Shown here piece after piece: positions 10,036-18,871 of a stretch of 64,000 bases of DNA. The position numbers were made by a program, and so were the translations under genes. This DNA comes from an uncultured Thermotogaceae bacterium. GTDB taxonomy: Bacteria > Thermotogota > Thermotogae > MWEM01. The notes below the pieces were generated by a model, which was not told the origin of the DNA, made no database searches, and was given only the letters and a program-made list of their open reading frames with translations. The DNA lies in contig CAZOJQ010000006.1 of assembly GCA_964580185.1 (NCBI GenBank), positions 10,240-74,239 of the forward strand, read 5' to 3'. Numbering within the stretch: the first letter of the stretch is position 1; the number at the start of each line of letters is the position of its first letter.

Positions 10036-11493
10036 TCATTCCTCTTTTCTTCGAATAAATGATTCTTGAATCCTACCGGTAGAAAAGGAGATCCATACGG
10101 TTGTTCCTTTTCCGAATTGACTTTGGATTCCATAGGTACAACCATGCGCTTCCAATATAGCTCTTGCGATGGACATTCCCAAACCCGGACTATCTTCTGC
10201 TTCTTTCCGTGACCGGTCCACTTTATAGAATCGATCCCATACATGGGGAATCGCTTCTGGGGGAATCCCGATTCCTTGGTCGATGATCCGTAAACGCAGA
10301 TGTCCTTCAATCGGTTCTCCACAAATTGTTATTGTCGATGGAAAATTCGAGTACTTGACGGCATTCTCGACCAAATTAGATAAGGCTCGGTACATCCAAT
10401 GTCGATCTACCTCGATCGTCCATTCCGGGTTCACATCCACCGAGAACTGAATCTCTTGTTCGCCAGTAACAGGAGTGAACGGTTGGATGACATCATAAAT
10501 GAGCGACCGTAATCCAACGGGTTCATGGTTCAATGAATACCCACCCGATTCCATACGGGAGAGTTCCAAGATCTTGTCTACTCTTTGGCTAAGGACCTTT
10601 GCTTCATGGATGATGATCCGCACATGATCCTTCAGGTCGCTGTCTGGCTCTTCGTGAAAGTCCTGTAGGATTTCTGCATAGGCCAGTATGGTATTGATTG
10701 GTGTTCTCAAGTCATGGGAGGTGTTCGTGATCAATTCCTCCCGAAATGTTTCGATCTTTCGAAGCTGAAGGGCCATTTCATTGATCGACTCGGTCAGTTC
10801 GCCGAGCTCATCAGAAGCCCCAGGAGGAACATAAACGTCAAAATCGCCGCGGGAAATCTTCCGAGCCGCATCTTTGACACGAATGATCTGCTTCGAGAAA
10901 AATCGGGCAAAGAAAAGCGCCAATAAGCTTCCGAAGATGATAGACAGGAAGCTGATCCAAAAGATTTGTCGCTCAATCACGTTGGTAGTCTCTTGCATCT
11001 GGCTCAAAGGCTCAGAAAGGATTGCATAGACCCAACCGCGGGGACTATCTGAAATTGGCAACCCTCGCACAAGAAAAGCCCCTCTCGGAAACTGTTGCCC
11101 TGCGCCCAATGCCACTTGAAAGGGTTGTCCATCTTCCATCCAAGAAATGGATGGGGTCAGAAAAGTGATTGAACTGGTCCGAAAAAAAGGAAGATCTCGC
11201 GCAATCGAACTATAGAATAGATCACCGCTTGCATTCATAATCGCGATATGGACCCCTTCTGATGCAGAAATTTCGTTGAATCCCGAGTGAAGAGATTCCA
11301 AGTACCCGGTTGATCCCAACAGCTTGGTGATCTGGACTTCAATCTGTTCCAACCGATTTTTTTTCATCGAAAGATAGCTTTCTTCCAAAAGCTGTACTTG
11401 AAAAACCCACATGAGCGCGATAATAAAAAGGATCAAGATCCATACTGCCAGCCACATCTTGACCAAAAGGGAAAACCTAATCCGTCGAATCAA
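10036..11493 (-). CDS. Sensor histidine kinase (TM-periplasmic-TM, HAMP, HisKA, HATPase_c)
   Basis: H-box SHDLRTPINTI, G-boxes GLGMSIA, and two TM segments around a roughly 140-aa extracytoplasmic region. TTG start. Confidence 0.85.
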   Translation of the reverse strand: MIRRIRFSLLVKMWLAVWILILFIIALMWVFQVQLLEESYLSMKKNRLEQIEVQITKLLGSTGYLESLHSGFNEISASEGVHIAIMNASGDLFYSSIARDLPFFRTSSITFLTPSISWMEDGQPFQVALGAGQQFPRGAFLVRGLPISDSPRGWVYAILSEPLSQMQETTNVIERQIFWISFLSIIFGSLLALFFARFFSKQIIRVKDAARKISRGDFDVYVPPGASDELGELTESINEMALQLRKIETFREELITNTSHDLRTPINTILAYAEILQDFHEEPDSDLKDHVRIIIHEAKVLSQRVDKILELSRMESGGYSLNHEPVGLRSLIYDVIQPFTPVTGEQEIQFSVDVNPEWTIEVDRHWMYRALSNLVENAVKYSNFPSTITICGEPIEGHLRLRIIDQGIGIPPEAIPHVWDRFYKVDRSRKEAEDSPGLGMSIARAILEAHGCTYGIQSQFGKGTTVWISFSTGRIQESFIRRKEE

Positions 11494-12151
11494 ATTTATA
11501 CCCCACTCCCCAAACAGTTTTGATCCATTGACGATTCAGACCCAATTTGGTTCGGATCTGCTTTATATGGGTATCCACAGTCCGATAATCCGTAACGTCT
11601 CGATCCCCCCAGACCCTTTCGAGTAACTCCTCTCGGGAATAGACACGATTCGGATGCGTACTGATCAACAGCAGCAAATCGTATTCTCGGGGAGTGAGGT
11701 CCAAAGCGTTGCCTTGGATTGAGATCAATCGAGATGGTTCGTTGATGCTAAGCCCATCAGAGCGTTCATCGATCCTTTGCCCGTCTGATAGCTTCGCTCT
11801 CCGTAAAATGGCCCGAATTTTTCCCACAAGTTCCTTGATGCTGAATGGTTTGGGGAGATAATCATCCGCGCCCAAGTCATATCCTTTCAAACGGTCAGAC
11901 ACTTCTCCCTTGGCGCTCAGTACAATGATCGGAATTTCTTGAAAACGATTCCGATCCTCAAGAATGTCCCATCCATTCAGGGAAGGAAGCATAATGTCCA
12001 GGACGATCAGATCAATATCTCCTTTGCACGCTCTCACGAACCCTTCCGCTCCATCAGTAGCTTGGACCACTTCGTATCCGGATTTTTCCAAATACAATTT
12101 AATGGCATTGGATAGGTTTATACTGTCTTCAACAATCAAGATCCGCTCCAT
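11477..12151 (-). CDS. OmpR-family response regulator
   Basis: REC domain (ILIVEDS...D...K) plus a winged-helix trans_reg_C domain. ATG at 12151 gives the canonical MERILIVED N-terminus; the track start at 12175 is TTG. Confidence 0.85.
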   Translation of the reverse strand: MERILIVEDSINLSNAIKLYLEKSGYEVVQATDGAEGFVRACKGDIDLIVLDIMLPSLNGWDILEDRNRFQEIPIIVLSAKGEVSDRLKGYDLGADDYLPKPFSIKELVGKIRAILRRAKLSDGQRIDERSDGLSINEPSRLISIQGNALDLTPREYDLLLLISTHPNRVYSREELLERVWGDRDVTDYRTVDTHIKQIRTKLGLNRQWIKTVWGVGYKFDSTD

Positions 12152-12247
12152 CTTTGGATTGTTCGCCTCCTTCAATCCATTTCGCAGATCTATTATACCT
12201 CTGATATGTGATCTTTTTGTGAATGAATTAGGATCACGCTTGAACCC

Positions 12248-12276
12248 TTGCTTTTTTCGATTTTCTCGTGTATCAT
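12248..12276 (+). promoter_or_regulatory. Sigma-70-like promoter TTGCTT-17-TATCAT upstream of the PLP enzyme gene
   Basis: -35 at 12248..12253, 17-nt spacer, -10 at 12271..12276; the downstream gene has AGGAGG 12 nt before ATG 12320. Confidence 0.35.
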
Positions 12277-12319
12277 AGGTTAACCAAGATACCTTTGATC
12301 AAGGAGGGATAGCATACCC

Positions 12320-13732
12320 ATGAGCAGCAAAAATCGATCGCAGATGATTCTCGGACCTACATTCGAAGAGATGCTTCACCCGGAGACCATCGATCCGAAC
12401 ATACGAAAACGGTCCTTGAAGGCCCTGAAGGAAGATCCACTCGACCCGATCAACTTCTATAATATCACCTGGAAAAACGCGCAAAACCAGATCTATTATG
12501 TCGTCGTTCCCAAGATTCTGACCGGTGTGGACGCCAACATCGTCTTGCTGTATGGAATGGAGTTCCCAACAGGCAGCCATAAAGTAGGAGCCACATACTC
12601 GATTCTGATGGAAAAGGTGGTCCGGGGAGAGATCGATCCCTTTTTCCATACGTTGGTATGGCCCTCTACCGGCAATTATGGAATCGGAGGTGCGTGGGTT
12701 GGATGCCGGATGGGTTTTGATTCTGTAGTGATCCTGCCCGAAGAGATGAGCCGAGAGCGGTTTGACATGATTCACGATTTTGGGGGGCGAGCAATCGCGA
12801 CTCCGGGTTGCGAATCCAATGTCAAAGAGATCTATGATAAAGCCAAAGAGCTGAAAGCGGAAAACCCCGAAAAAGTCAGGGTCTTGAATCAATTCGAGGA
12901 ATTTGGCAACTATCGCTTTCACTACTACGTTACAGGCAATACCCTCGTGGAATTGACCGAACAGATCCACACCCAAGGGATTGGAACCGGCCGCGCAAGC
13001 GCTTTTGTCTCGACAATGGGTTCCTCCGGTACCATCGCCGCAGGAGACCGGTTGAAAGAAGTCTTTCCCAGCTGTCGAATCATTGGGGCTGAACCGATCC
13101 AATGTCCGACTTTGATCTGCAACGGATATGGTGGCCATGATATACAGGGGATTGGCGATAAACATGTCACGTGGATCCATAATGTCATGAACATGGATGC
13201 TATGGTGGCTGTCGACGATATCGAATCCAAACAAGGCCTCCAGCTACTCACCAGCGAGTCAGGAAAATCGTATCTGAAGCGAATGGGAATGGCGCCCCAT
13301 TGTGTCGAGCAGTTTTCCCGGATCTTCGGAATTTCGGGGGTTGCCAATCTACTGTGCGCTATCAAAGCCGCCAAGTACTATGATATGACGGCTGAAGACA
13401 CGTTGTTTACCGTTGCGACCGATCATGCAGGGCGCTATCATTCAGTGATGCAGACAATGGAGCAGACCTTTGGGGCTCTGGATGAGCAAAAAGCAATGGT
13501 CATCCACGAAAAGGTTCTTTTAGGCGTGAAAACCGATTGGGTTCAGGAAGGCACACATGCCATCCGAAAGCAATGGCACAATCTGAAATACTACACATGG
13601 GTCGAACAACAGGGCAAGACTGTCGAAGAACTGAACGAAACGCGCAAACCTCAGTTTTGGGACCATCAGAAGGAAAAAGTCCTCGAATCCGATCGACTCC
13701 TTCAAGAATGGCGCAAAGAACAGGAGGGATGA
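12320..13732 (+). CDS. PLP-dependent enzyme of the Trp-synthase-beta/cysteine-synthase fold with a roughly 140-aa C-terminal extension
   Basis: PALP-like PTGSHKVGATY lysine motif and a glycine-rich loop GNYGIGGAWVG. At 470 aa it is much longer than CysK/CysM. Confidence 0.65.
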   Translation: MSSKNRSQMILGPTFEEMLHPETIDPNIRKRSLKALKEDPLDPINFYNITWKNAQNQIYYVVVPKILTGVDANIVLLYGMEFPTGSHKVGATYSILMEKVVRGEIDPFFHTLVWPSTGNYGIGGAWVGCRMGFDSVVILPEEMSRERFDMIHDFGGRAIATPGCESNVKEIYDKAKELKAENPEKVRVLNQFEEFGNYRFHYYVTGNTLVELTEQIHTQGIGTGRASAFVSTMGSSGTIAAGDRLKEVFPSCRIIGAEPIQCPTLICNGYGGHDIQGIGDKHVTWIHNVMNMDAMVAVDDIESKQGLQLLTSESGKSYLKRMGMAPHCVEQFSRIFGISGVANLLCAIKAAKYYDMTAEDTLFTVATDHAGRYHSVMQTMEQTFGALDEQKAMVIHEKVLLGVKTDWVQEGTHAIRKQWHNLKYYTWVEQQGKTVEELNETRKPQFWDHQKEKVLESDRLLQEWRKEQEG

Positions 13733-13877
13733 GAGGATTGGAACGACGGGGCGCGTCCGGGTGAAATCCTGGAGGGAACCTTCGACAAAATCGATAAAAA
13801 GCGCAGAAACCCCCGGCTTCTACCCTGTATTATGATATAATCGTTCTATCCGGAAGGAAAAGAGGTGCCGTACACTC

Positions 13878-14852
13878 ATGAGGATCTTAATTGTAGAAGA
13901 CTCCTTGGTACTTCAAAAAATGATGAATCATTTGTTGCAAAAAGAAGGATATTCAGATGTTCATCTCCGGACTTCCGCCGAGGAAGCCGAACAATTCCTC
14001 CATTCCGGATCAGAAAACCCAGTTGACCTTATCTTGTTAGATATTTTTCTTGAAGGAGTCGATGGAATCGCATTTTGCCGGAAGATCAAAGAAGATTCGC
14101 ATTTGCGGGACATACCAGTGATCATGGTCACAGCCAGTAGCGAACCGGAAGTTCTGAAAAGCGCTTTTGAAGCAGGAGCTATGGATTTCATCCGAAAACC
14201 CTTCGAAACGATCGAATTTCTTGCGCGGGTCCGATCGGCTTTGCTCCTGAAGAAAGAAATGGACCAGAGAAAGATGCGGGAATCGGAGCTATTGGAATTG
14301 AAAACTCACCTGGAAGAAGCCAATCGAAGACTGGAAGAACTCTCTCAACAGGATGGGCTGACCCAGATCGCCAATCGGCGAAGGTTTGATGAATACTTCG
14401 AATCAGAGTGGAAACGAGCCAAACGGTACAACTATCCTCTATCGTTGATTATGCTGGATATTGATTTTTTCAAGCTCTACAACGACACGTATGGCCACGT
14501 GGCTGGAGATGAATGCCTCAAAAACGTAGCCCTTCTGTTCAGGCAATGCCTAAAAAGACCGGAGGATCTGGTAGCCCGGTACGGGGGGGAAGAGTTTGCC
14601 GCCATTTTGCCCAACACAGACCGAAACGGAGCTAGGGTTGTCTCTCAAGAGATCCAAACCCGTTTGGAAGAAAAGAAGATTCTTCACGAATCGTCCGTTA
14701 TCTCTCCGTATCTGACCGTTAGTATAGGCGCGGTCACATGGATTCCAGAAAGCGATAAAACGCCCGGCCGACTGGTGCAAATGGCAGATCAGGCTTTGTA
14801 CTCGGCCAAGAAAAGAGGAAGAAATACCATCGTGGAACACACCCAACTATGA
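13878..14852 (+). CDS. Response regulator-diguanylate cyclase (REC-GGDEF)
   Basis: REC (ILIVEDS...LDIFL..DG), a coiled coil, and a GGDEF domain with RYGGEEF active site and an RxxD-like I-site. Confidence 0.9.
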   Translation: MRILIVEDSLVLQKMMNHLLQKEGYSDVHLRTSAEEAEQFLHSGSENPVDLILLDIFLEGVDGIAFCRKIKEDSHLRDIPVIMVTASSEPEVLKSAFEAGAMDFIRKPFETIEFLARVRSALLLKKEMDQRKMRESELLELKTHLEEANRRLEELSQQDGLTQIANRRRFDEYFESEWKRAKRYNYPLSLIMLDIDFFKLYNDTYGHVAGDECLKNVALLFRQCLKRPEDLVARYGGEEFAAILPNTDRNGARVVSQEIQTRLEEKKILHESSVISPYLTVSIGAVTWIPESDKTPGRLVQMADQALYSAKKRGRNTIVEHTQL

Positions 14853-16042
14853 TCCTTCGGTTTCTGAAAAAGGCTATCTTCCTGCGCGCCCTTCTATTGA
14901 TCGCCTGGGGTTTTCCGATCGTATTATTGTGCGGGTGCATGCTCTTTACCCCCAGTTATACCATTCTGCTGATCTTAGGAGATTCACACCCCGCTGAAGA
15001 CCCCAATGCCCATCGAATGGAAATTGCAGCTCAAATAGCCTGGCAAGACCACTACGACCCGATGAAATACCCGTTTTCCCTAACGCTTCGGGTTTTACCC
15101 GACACTGAGGAATTGGGTCGGTGGATCGCCAACCGGGAAGAACCATCTACCAATCAACCGACGATCGCAGTAATCGGTGGGGATACCGCGTCACTCAGCC
15201 GGAGATTGGCCGAAATGACAGCTGACAAGAAGATCGTCCACATCTCCCCAGCGCCTGGTGACGACCGCCTGTACGCAGAACACCCGCACAGCTTTGCAAC
15301 CCGGGGTAGCGCCGTTCAAGAAGCGGAAATCATGGAACTCATTTTGTTGAACTATTGCGCAGAGCAATCCATTGAAATTGTCTATCATCCTTCTTTGGAA
15401 TGGGTTGAACGGATGGAGGCTTTCTTATCGATTCTTGAGAACCATACCCATTTTCCCGTCCAGTTGGTTGAGTATTCCTTTGACAATATGCGTCTGCCGC
15501 GAACGAAGTCCCCTAATCAAGAATCCTCAGACCCATCTGTTTTGATTCTCTTTCTTCCTCGGGAAGACTGCAGGGATTTTCTTGCGCGTGACCTGGATTC
15601 TCTTCGGTCGCATCGGATCATTGTGAGCAGCCAGTCCATTGATTCTGAGCTCGAGTCGCTTTCAGAAACCCTCGACACATCCATTTACGCCGTGATGCCT
15701 CGTGTGGAATATGACACGAGTCCGTCTGCGCACCCTCATTCGAACCTGGATTGGGAACGATTTGCACAAAGATATCAGGCCCAAACAGGCCAGAAAGAAC
15801 TGGATGCTCTCGCCGCAGACACATACGCAGCCGTTTATGCGTTGTTGGAAGTTATCCGGATAAATGGGGAATCGTTTGACGCCATTCTGGAAGGGCTATA
15901 TGAATACAAAGGATATGGCATAACCGGTCCGATCGCCTTCACTCTAGCAGGTATTGTGGAAGAGAACCCGTATGTACCCGTCCAGATTTTTGCCCAAGGG
16001 CCGATCCTGCTCCGACATTCTCCTTTGAAATCAGAGGAATGA
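14849..16042 (+). CDS. Membrane-anchored periplasmic ligand-binding protein, type-I PBP fold (LivJ/ANF-receptor-like)
   Basis: N-terminal TM, then ILLILGDS...IAAQIAWQD / TIAVIGGDTASLSRRLAEM / IVHISPAPGD blocks resembling Leu/Ile/Val-binding proteins. ATGA overlap with the GGDEF gene. Confidence 0.5.
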   Translation: MILRFLKKAIFLRALLLIAWGFPIVLLCGCMLFTPSYTILLILGDSHPAEDPNAHRMEIAAQIAWQDHYDPMKYPFSLTLRVLPDTEELGRWIANREEPSTNQPTIAVIGGDTASLSRRLAEMTADKKIVHISPAPGDDRLYAEHPHSFATRGSAVQEAEIMELILLNYCAEQSIEIVYHPSLEWVERMEAFLSILENHTHFPVQLVEYSFDNMRLPRTKSPNQESSDPSVLILFLPREDCRDFLARDLDSLRSHRIIVSSQSIDSELESLSETLDTSIYAVMPRVEYDTSPSAHPHSNLDWERFAQRYQAQTGQKELDALAADTYAAVYALLEVIRINGESFDAILEGLYEYKGYGITGPIAFTLAGIVEENPYVPVQIFAQGPILLRHSPLKSEE

Positions 16043-16084
16043 ATGGTCTTGGAATTACAGCAGACCTGCTTCATCCGGGACGCT

Positions 16085-16729
16085 CTAGGTTGGCAGATGA
16101 TTTCGGAACGCGAAAATCGCAATTTGCGTGCGATCTCGGAGATTCAGCTTGGACAAGATCTTTCCAATGTTGTTTTTGACCGTTCCTTCAGATAGAAACA
16201 GTCGATCGGCGATCTCTTTATTGGACAACCCTTGACAGATCCACCGAATGAGTTCCAGATCTTTCTCACTGAGCAAGTATTCCTCAATAATCTTGCTCAA
16301 AGCAGCGGGGGACGATTTTGAAGGTTCCATTATCCGTTGGACAATCCGAGGAGCGATGGCCACATTCCCAATATGGGCATTTTTGATCGCTTCATAAATC
16401 CGTTGGCTAGAACTATCCTTGAGCAAATACCCGCTGGCACCGTATGATAGGGCTGCGTGGATGTATTCGTCGTCCATGAAGGTAGTCAAGATCACGACCT
16501 GTATCTCCGGATGCATCTCTTTAATCATTCGAGTTCCCTCCACACCATCACACCGATCCATCCGGATATCCATCAGGATCACATCAGGGTTCTTTTGTCT
16601 ACAGAAGCGAACCGCTTCCAACCCGTTATGGCAGACACCAATCACTTCAATATCGGAAAATCCCTCAAGAATGAGTCGTAGCCCTTCGCAAATCAATGCT
16701 TCATCATCCACGATCAATACTTTGATCAT
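16085..16729 (-). CDS. NarL/LuxR-family response regulator
   Basis: MIKVLIVDDEALI REC domain and a C-terminal LuxR HTH (LSEKDLELIRWICQGLSNKEIADRLFLSEGTVKNNI). AGGAGG lies 9 nt before ATG 16729. Confidence 0.85.
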   Translation of the reverse strand: MIKVLIVDDEALICEGLRLILEGFSDIEVIGVCHNGLEAVRFCRQKNPDVILMDIRMDRCDGVEGTRMIKEMHPEIQVVILTTFMDDEYIHAALSYGASGYLLKDSSSQRIYEAIKNAHIGNVAIAPRIVQRIMEPSKSSPAALSKIIEEYLLSEKDLELIRWICQGLSNKEIADRLFLSEGTVKNNIGKILSKLNLRDRTQIAIFAFRNHLPT

Positions 16730-17933
16730 TGGCTGTGTCCTCCTTTTTTGCTCCCTCCGCGATCCTGCGAGGCAGATGAACATTGACTTCGAATCCCTTC
16801 CCTGGTTCCGAAAAGACAGCCATAGTCCCACCGAGAGAATCAACCCGTTCTCGAATGCCCTTCAACCCCATACCGAATTGAATGGGGAACGATCCCTGCC
16901 CATCGTCTTTGATCTGAGAGTATACTCCATCCTCAAGAAACTGGATGGATATCTGAACCCGCTGAGCCTTTCCATGGCGCAAACTGTTGCTCAAACATTC
17001 CTGAACAATTCGATACAATTGATGACTCTGGTCCGAGTTTATGGAATACCCCGCTTTGGACCGGATTAACCGGACATCCATACCAGTGAGTTTTCGAAAG
17101 GTTTTGATCAGTTCTTCAATCGCGAAAATCCCTTCGAAATGGTCGAATTCGATGGGGCGAAGCTCTCGTACCGTTCTGCGAACATTTTCCAGCGACTCTT
17201 GAGTAAAGCCGACCAAATGTCCGATCATTTGTTCCGCTTGCCCTGGATCCTTTTGAATCAATGATCGAATGGCCTGCAATTGGATCCCGAGGGTGGACAA
17301 GGCATGACCGGCGCTATCGTGCAATTCGCGCGAAATCCGGGCTCGTTCCCGCAGAAGCGTTAGTTCTTCAATGGTTTGAGAATACTGTTCCAATGTATCA
17401 TAGGCTTCTTTGAGTCTCTCTTCGGAAACACGGAGTTGGTCGTACAACTCTTGGGCAATCTGCTTTTTGCCCCGTTCTTTTTGCAGAATCAAACAGAATC
17501 CTGCGGGGAAGAGACACAGCAGAAGATCGGCCCAAAACGCCACAGAATCCTGTCCCCCAAAGAAATTCGGGCTTACAGTATGATACGCCAAAACCAGAAC
17601 GGAAAGAATCGCTGCCAATGAAATGAAGTACGGTGCATTCTTCTTGGATATCGATCCATCCATAATCACCGAAAGTAGGAAGATGGAAAGGAATCCGCCA
17701 TACTGGAAAAATAGAAGGACCCCTAAAACGGTCTCTGCAGCCAAGGACGCCCAAAAGAAAACCATACGATACGAAAAGAAGTAATTTTCTCGCAATTGTG
17801 ACAAAGCAATCCAGCCAAGAACCATCACCCATCCTGCAGGATATATCGTAGGTTGGGCAATTTCCCAACGCACCACCCAAAAAACCGCAAATCCATACGA
17901 AAGAAGCTTTATGATCGATAGCGAGCTCCGCAT
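16704..17933 (-). CDS. Intramembrane-sensing histidine kinase (5-6 TM, HisKA_3, HATPase_c), LiaS/DesK-like
   Basis: The N-terminus has only TM helices and no periplasmic domain. HisKA_3 H-box RISRELHDSAGHALS. AAGGAG before ATG 17933. Confidence 0.85.
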   Translation of the reverse strand: MRSSLSIIKLLSYGFAVFWVVRWEIAQPTIYPAGWVMVLGWIALSQLRENYFFSYRMVFFWASLAAETVLGVLLFFQYGGFLSIFLLSVIMDGSISKKNAPYFISLAAILSVLVLAYHTVSPNFFGGQDSVAFWADLLLCLFPAGFCLILQKERGKKQIAQELYDQLRVSEERLKEAYDTLEQYSQTIEELTLLRERARISRELHDSAGHALSTLGIQLQAIRSLIQKDPGQAEQMIGHLVGFTQESLENVRRTVRELRPIEFDHFEGIFAIEELIKTFRKLTGMDVRLIRSKAGYSINSDQSHQLYRIVQECLSNSLRHGKAQRVQISIQFLEDGVYSQIKDDGQGSFPIQFGMGLKGIRERVDSLGGTMAVFSEPGKGFEVNVHLPRRIAEGAKKEDTANDQSIDRG

Positions 17934-18165
17934 CCCTGAACTCCTTATCCCTGAAAATCAATCCCCCCCGAAGAGACCAACACTCCGGGGTGGCCGCAGT
18001 TTCTCAGGGCTAGTATACCATAGATCTCGAAGGTACGCCCCATTTTTTGGCCAATCATGGTATAATCTACAATGTCAAATCTCCTTCCCAATCCATGTCC
18101 GATTGTCTGAACGCAGAGCATTCCATTCTCTTCCGAGTCGGGAAGGAATCATAAGGAGGGGTTTT

Positions 18166-18834
18166 ATGAAACAGGTATGGAAGGCTTTGATCGTATTACT
18201 ATGTATTGCCGCAATTTTGCCCTCTTGCGACATATTCCAACCTCCGTTTGATCCAGCGGCCTTTTTTGCGCCGATGTTCAATGACTTGAAGATCTTGATT
18301 CAAACCGTCCCACTGCCTCCAATCATCACTTCTGAGGCGGATTTCCCGCAAACATGGGAAGAATGGCGGCAGTTGTTGGATGATCGTCCCAATGGATTCA
18401 CGATTCCTCAATCGGTGAAAAACTTTGCAAACCAGTATGTCTATGTCGCTCCGACTGCATCGAAAACCGGAGACGTATATTTGCAAGCGGAAGAGCTCAT
18501 CTATATCATGGCCTTTCTGTACCAAAAAGCCTCTTTGCACGGGATCCACGAGACCACGCTGCCTCAATCTTCTGTTGAACGATCCATAATCTTCGAGGGG
18601 GGATCGATACCGAATTATATCCGGAAAGTCTACTTGGCAAGCATGATTTGGAAATTCGCGGACAATGTGTTTTCGTCAGAAACTCCGAATCCTTTCATTA
18701 CAGTGGTATTGCCGTTCATGAAGATCAACGAAAAACCCTATCTGTTCTGTGTGTGGGGGGATGAGTTTACCCAAGGACCTCAGCCAATTTTCCCGGAACC
18801 TTATGCGATATGGATTTGGTTATCCCTTTCCTAA
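18166..18834 (+). CDS. Lipoprotein of unknown function, paralog 1 (223 aa)
   Basis: AAGGAGGG SD then ATG 18166. Signal peptide with lipobox LPSC: MKQVWKALIVLLCIAAILPSC. Mature N-terminus CDIFQPPFDPAAFFAPM. Confidence 0.6.
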   Translation: MKQVWKALIVLLCIAAILPSCDIFQPPFDPAAFFAPMFNDLKILIQTVPLPPIITSEADFPQTWEEWRQLLDDRPNGFTIPQSVKNFANQYVYVAPTASKTGDVYLQAEELIYIMAFLYQKASLHGIHETTLPQSSVERSIIFEGGSIPNYIRKVYLASMIWKFADNVFSSETPNPFITVVLPFMKINEKPYLFCVWGDEFTQGPQPIFPEPYAIWIWLSLS

Positions 18835-18871
18835 ACGAAAAAATACGGTCTTCACGACAAGGAGGTACCTC

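Noticed and set aside
12299-13234. 311-aa ORF on the minus strand fully inside the PLP enzyme gene
   Set aside because: Antisense shadow ORF of a well-supported forward gene. The translation is low-complexity and cysteine/histidine-poor with no motifs, and has no SD-supported start.
17911-18165. 85-codon N-terminal extension of the lipoprotein 1 ORF (track start 17911) overlapping the divergent HK start
   Set aside because: The extension precedes a perfect SD plus ATG (18166) and a lipoprotein signal peptide, and would overlap the HK gene's start and promoter region. The internal start is far better supported.
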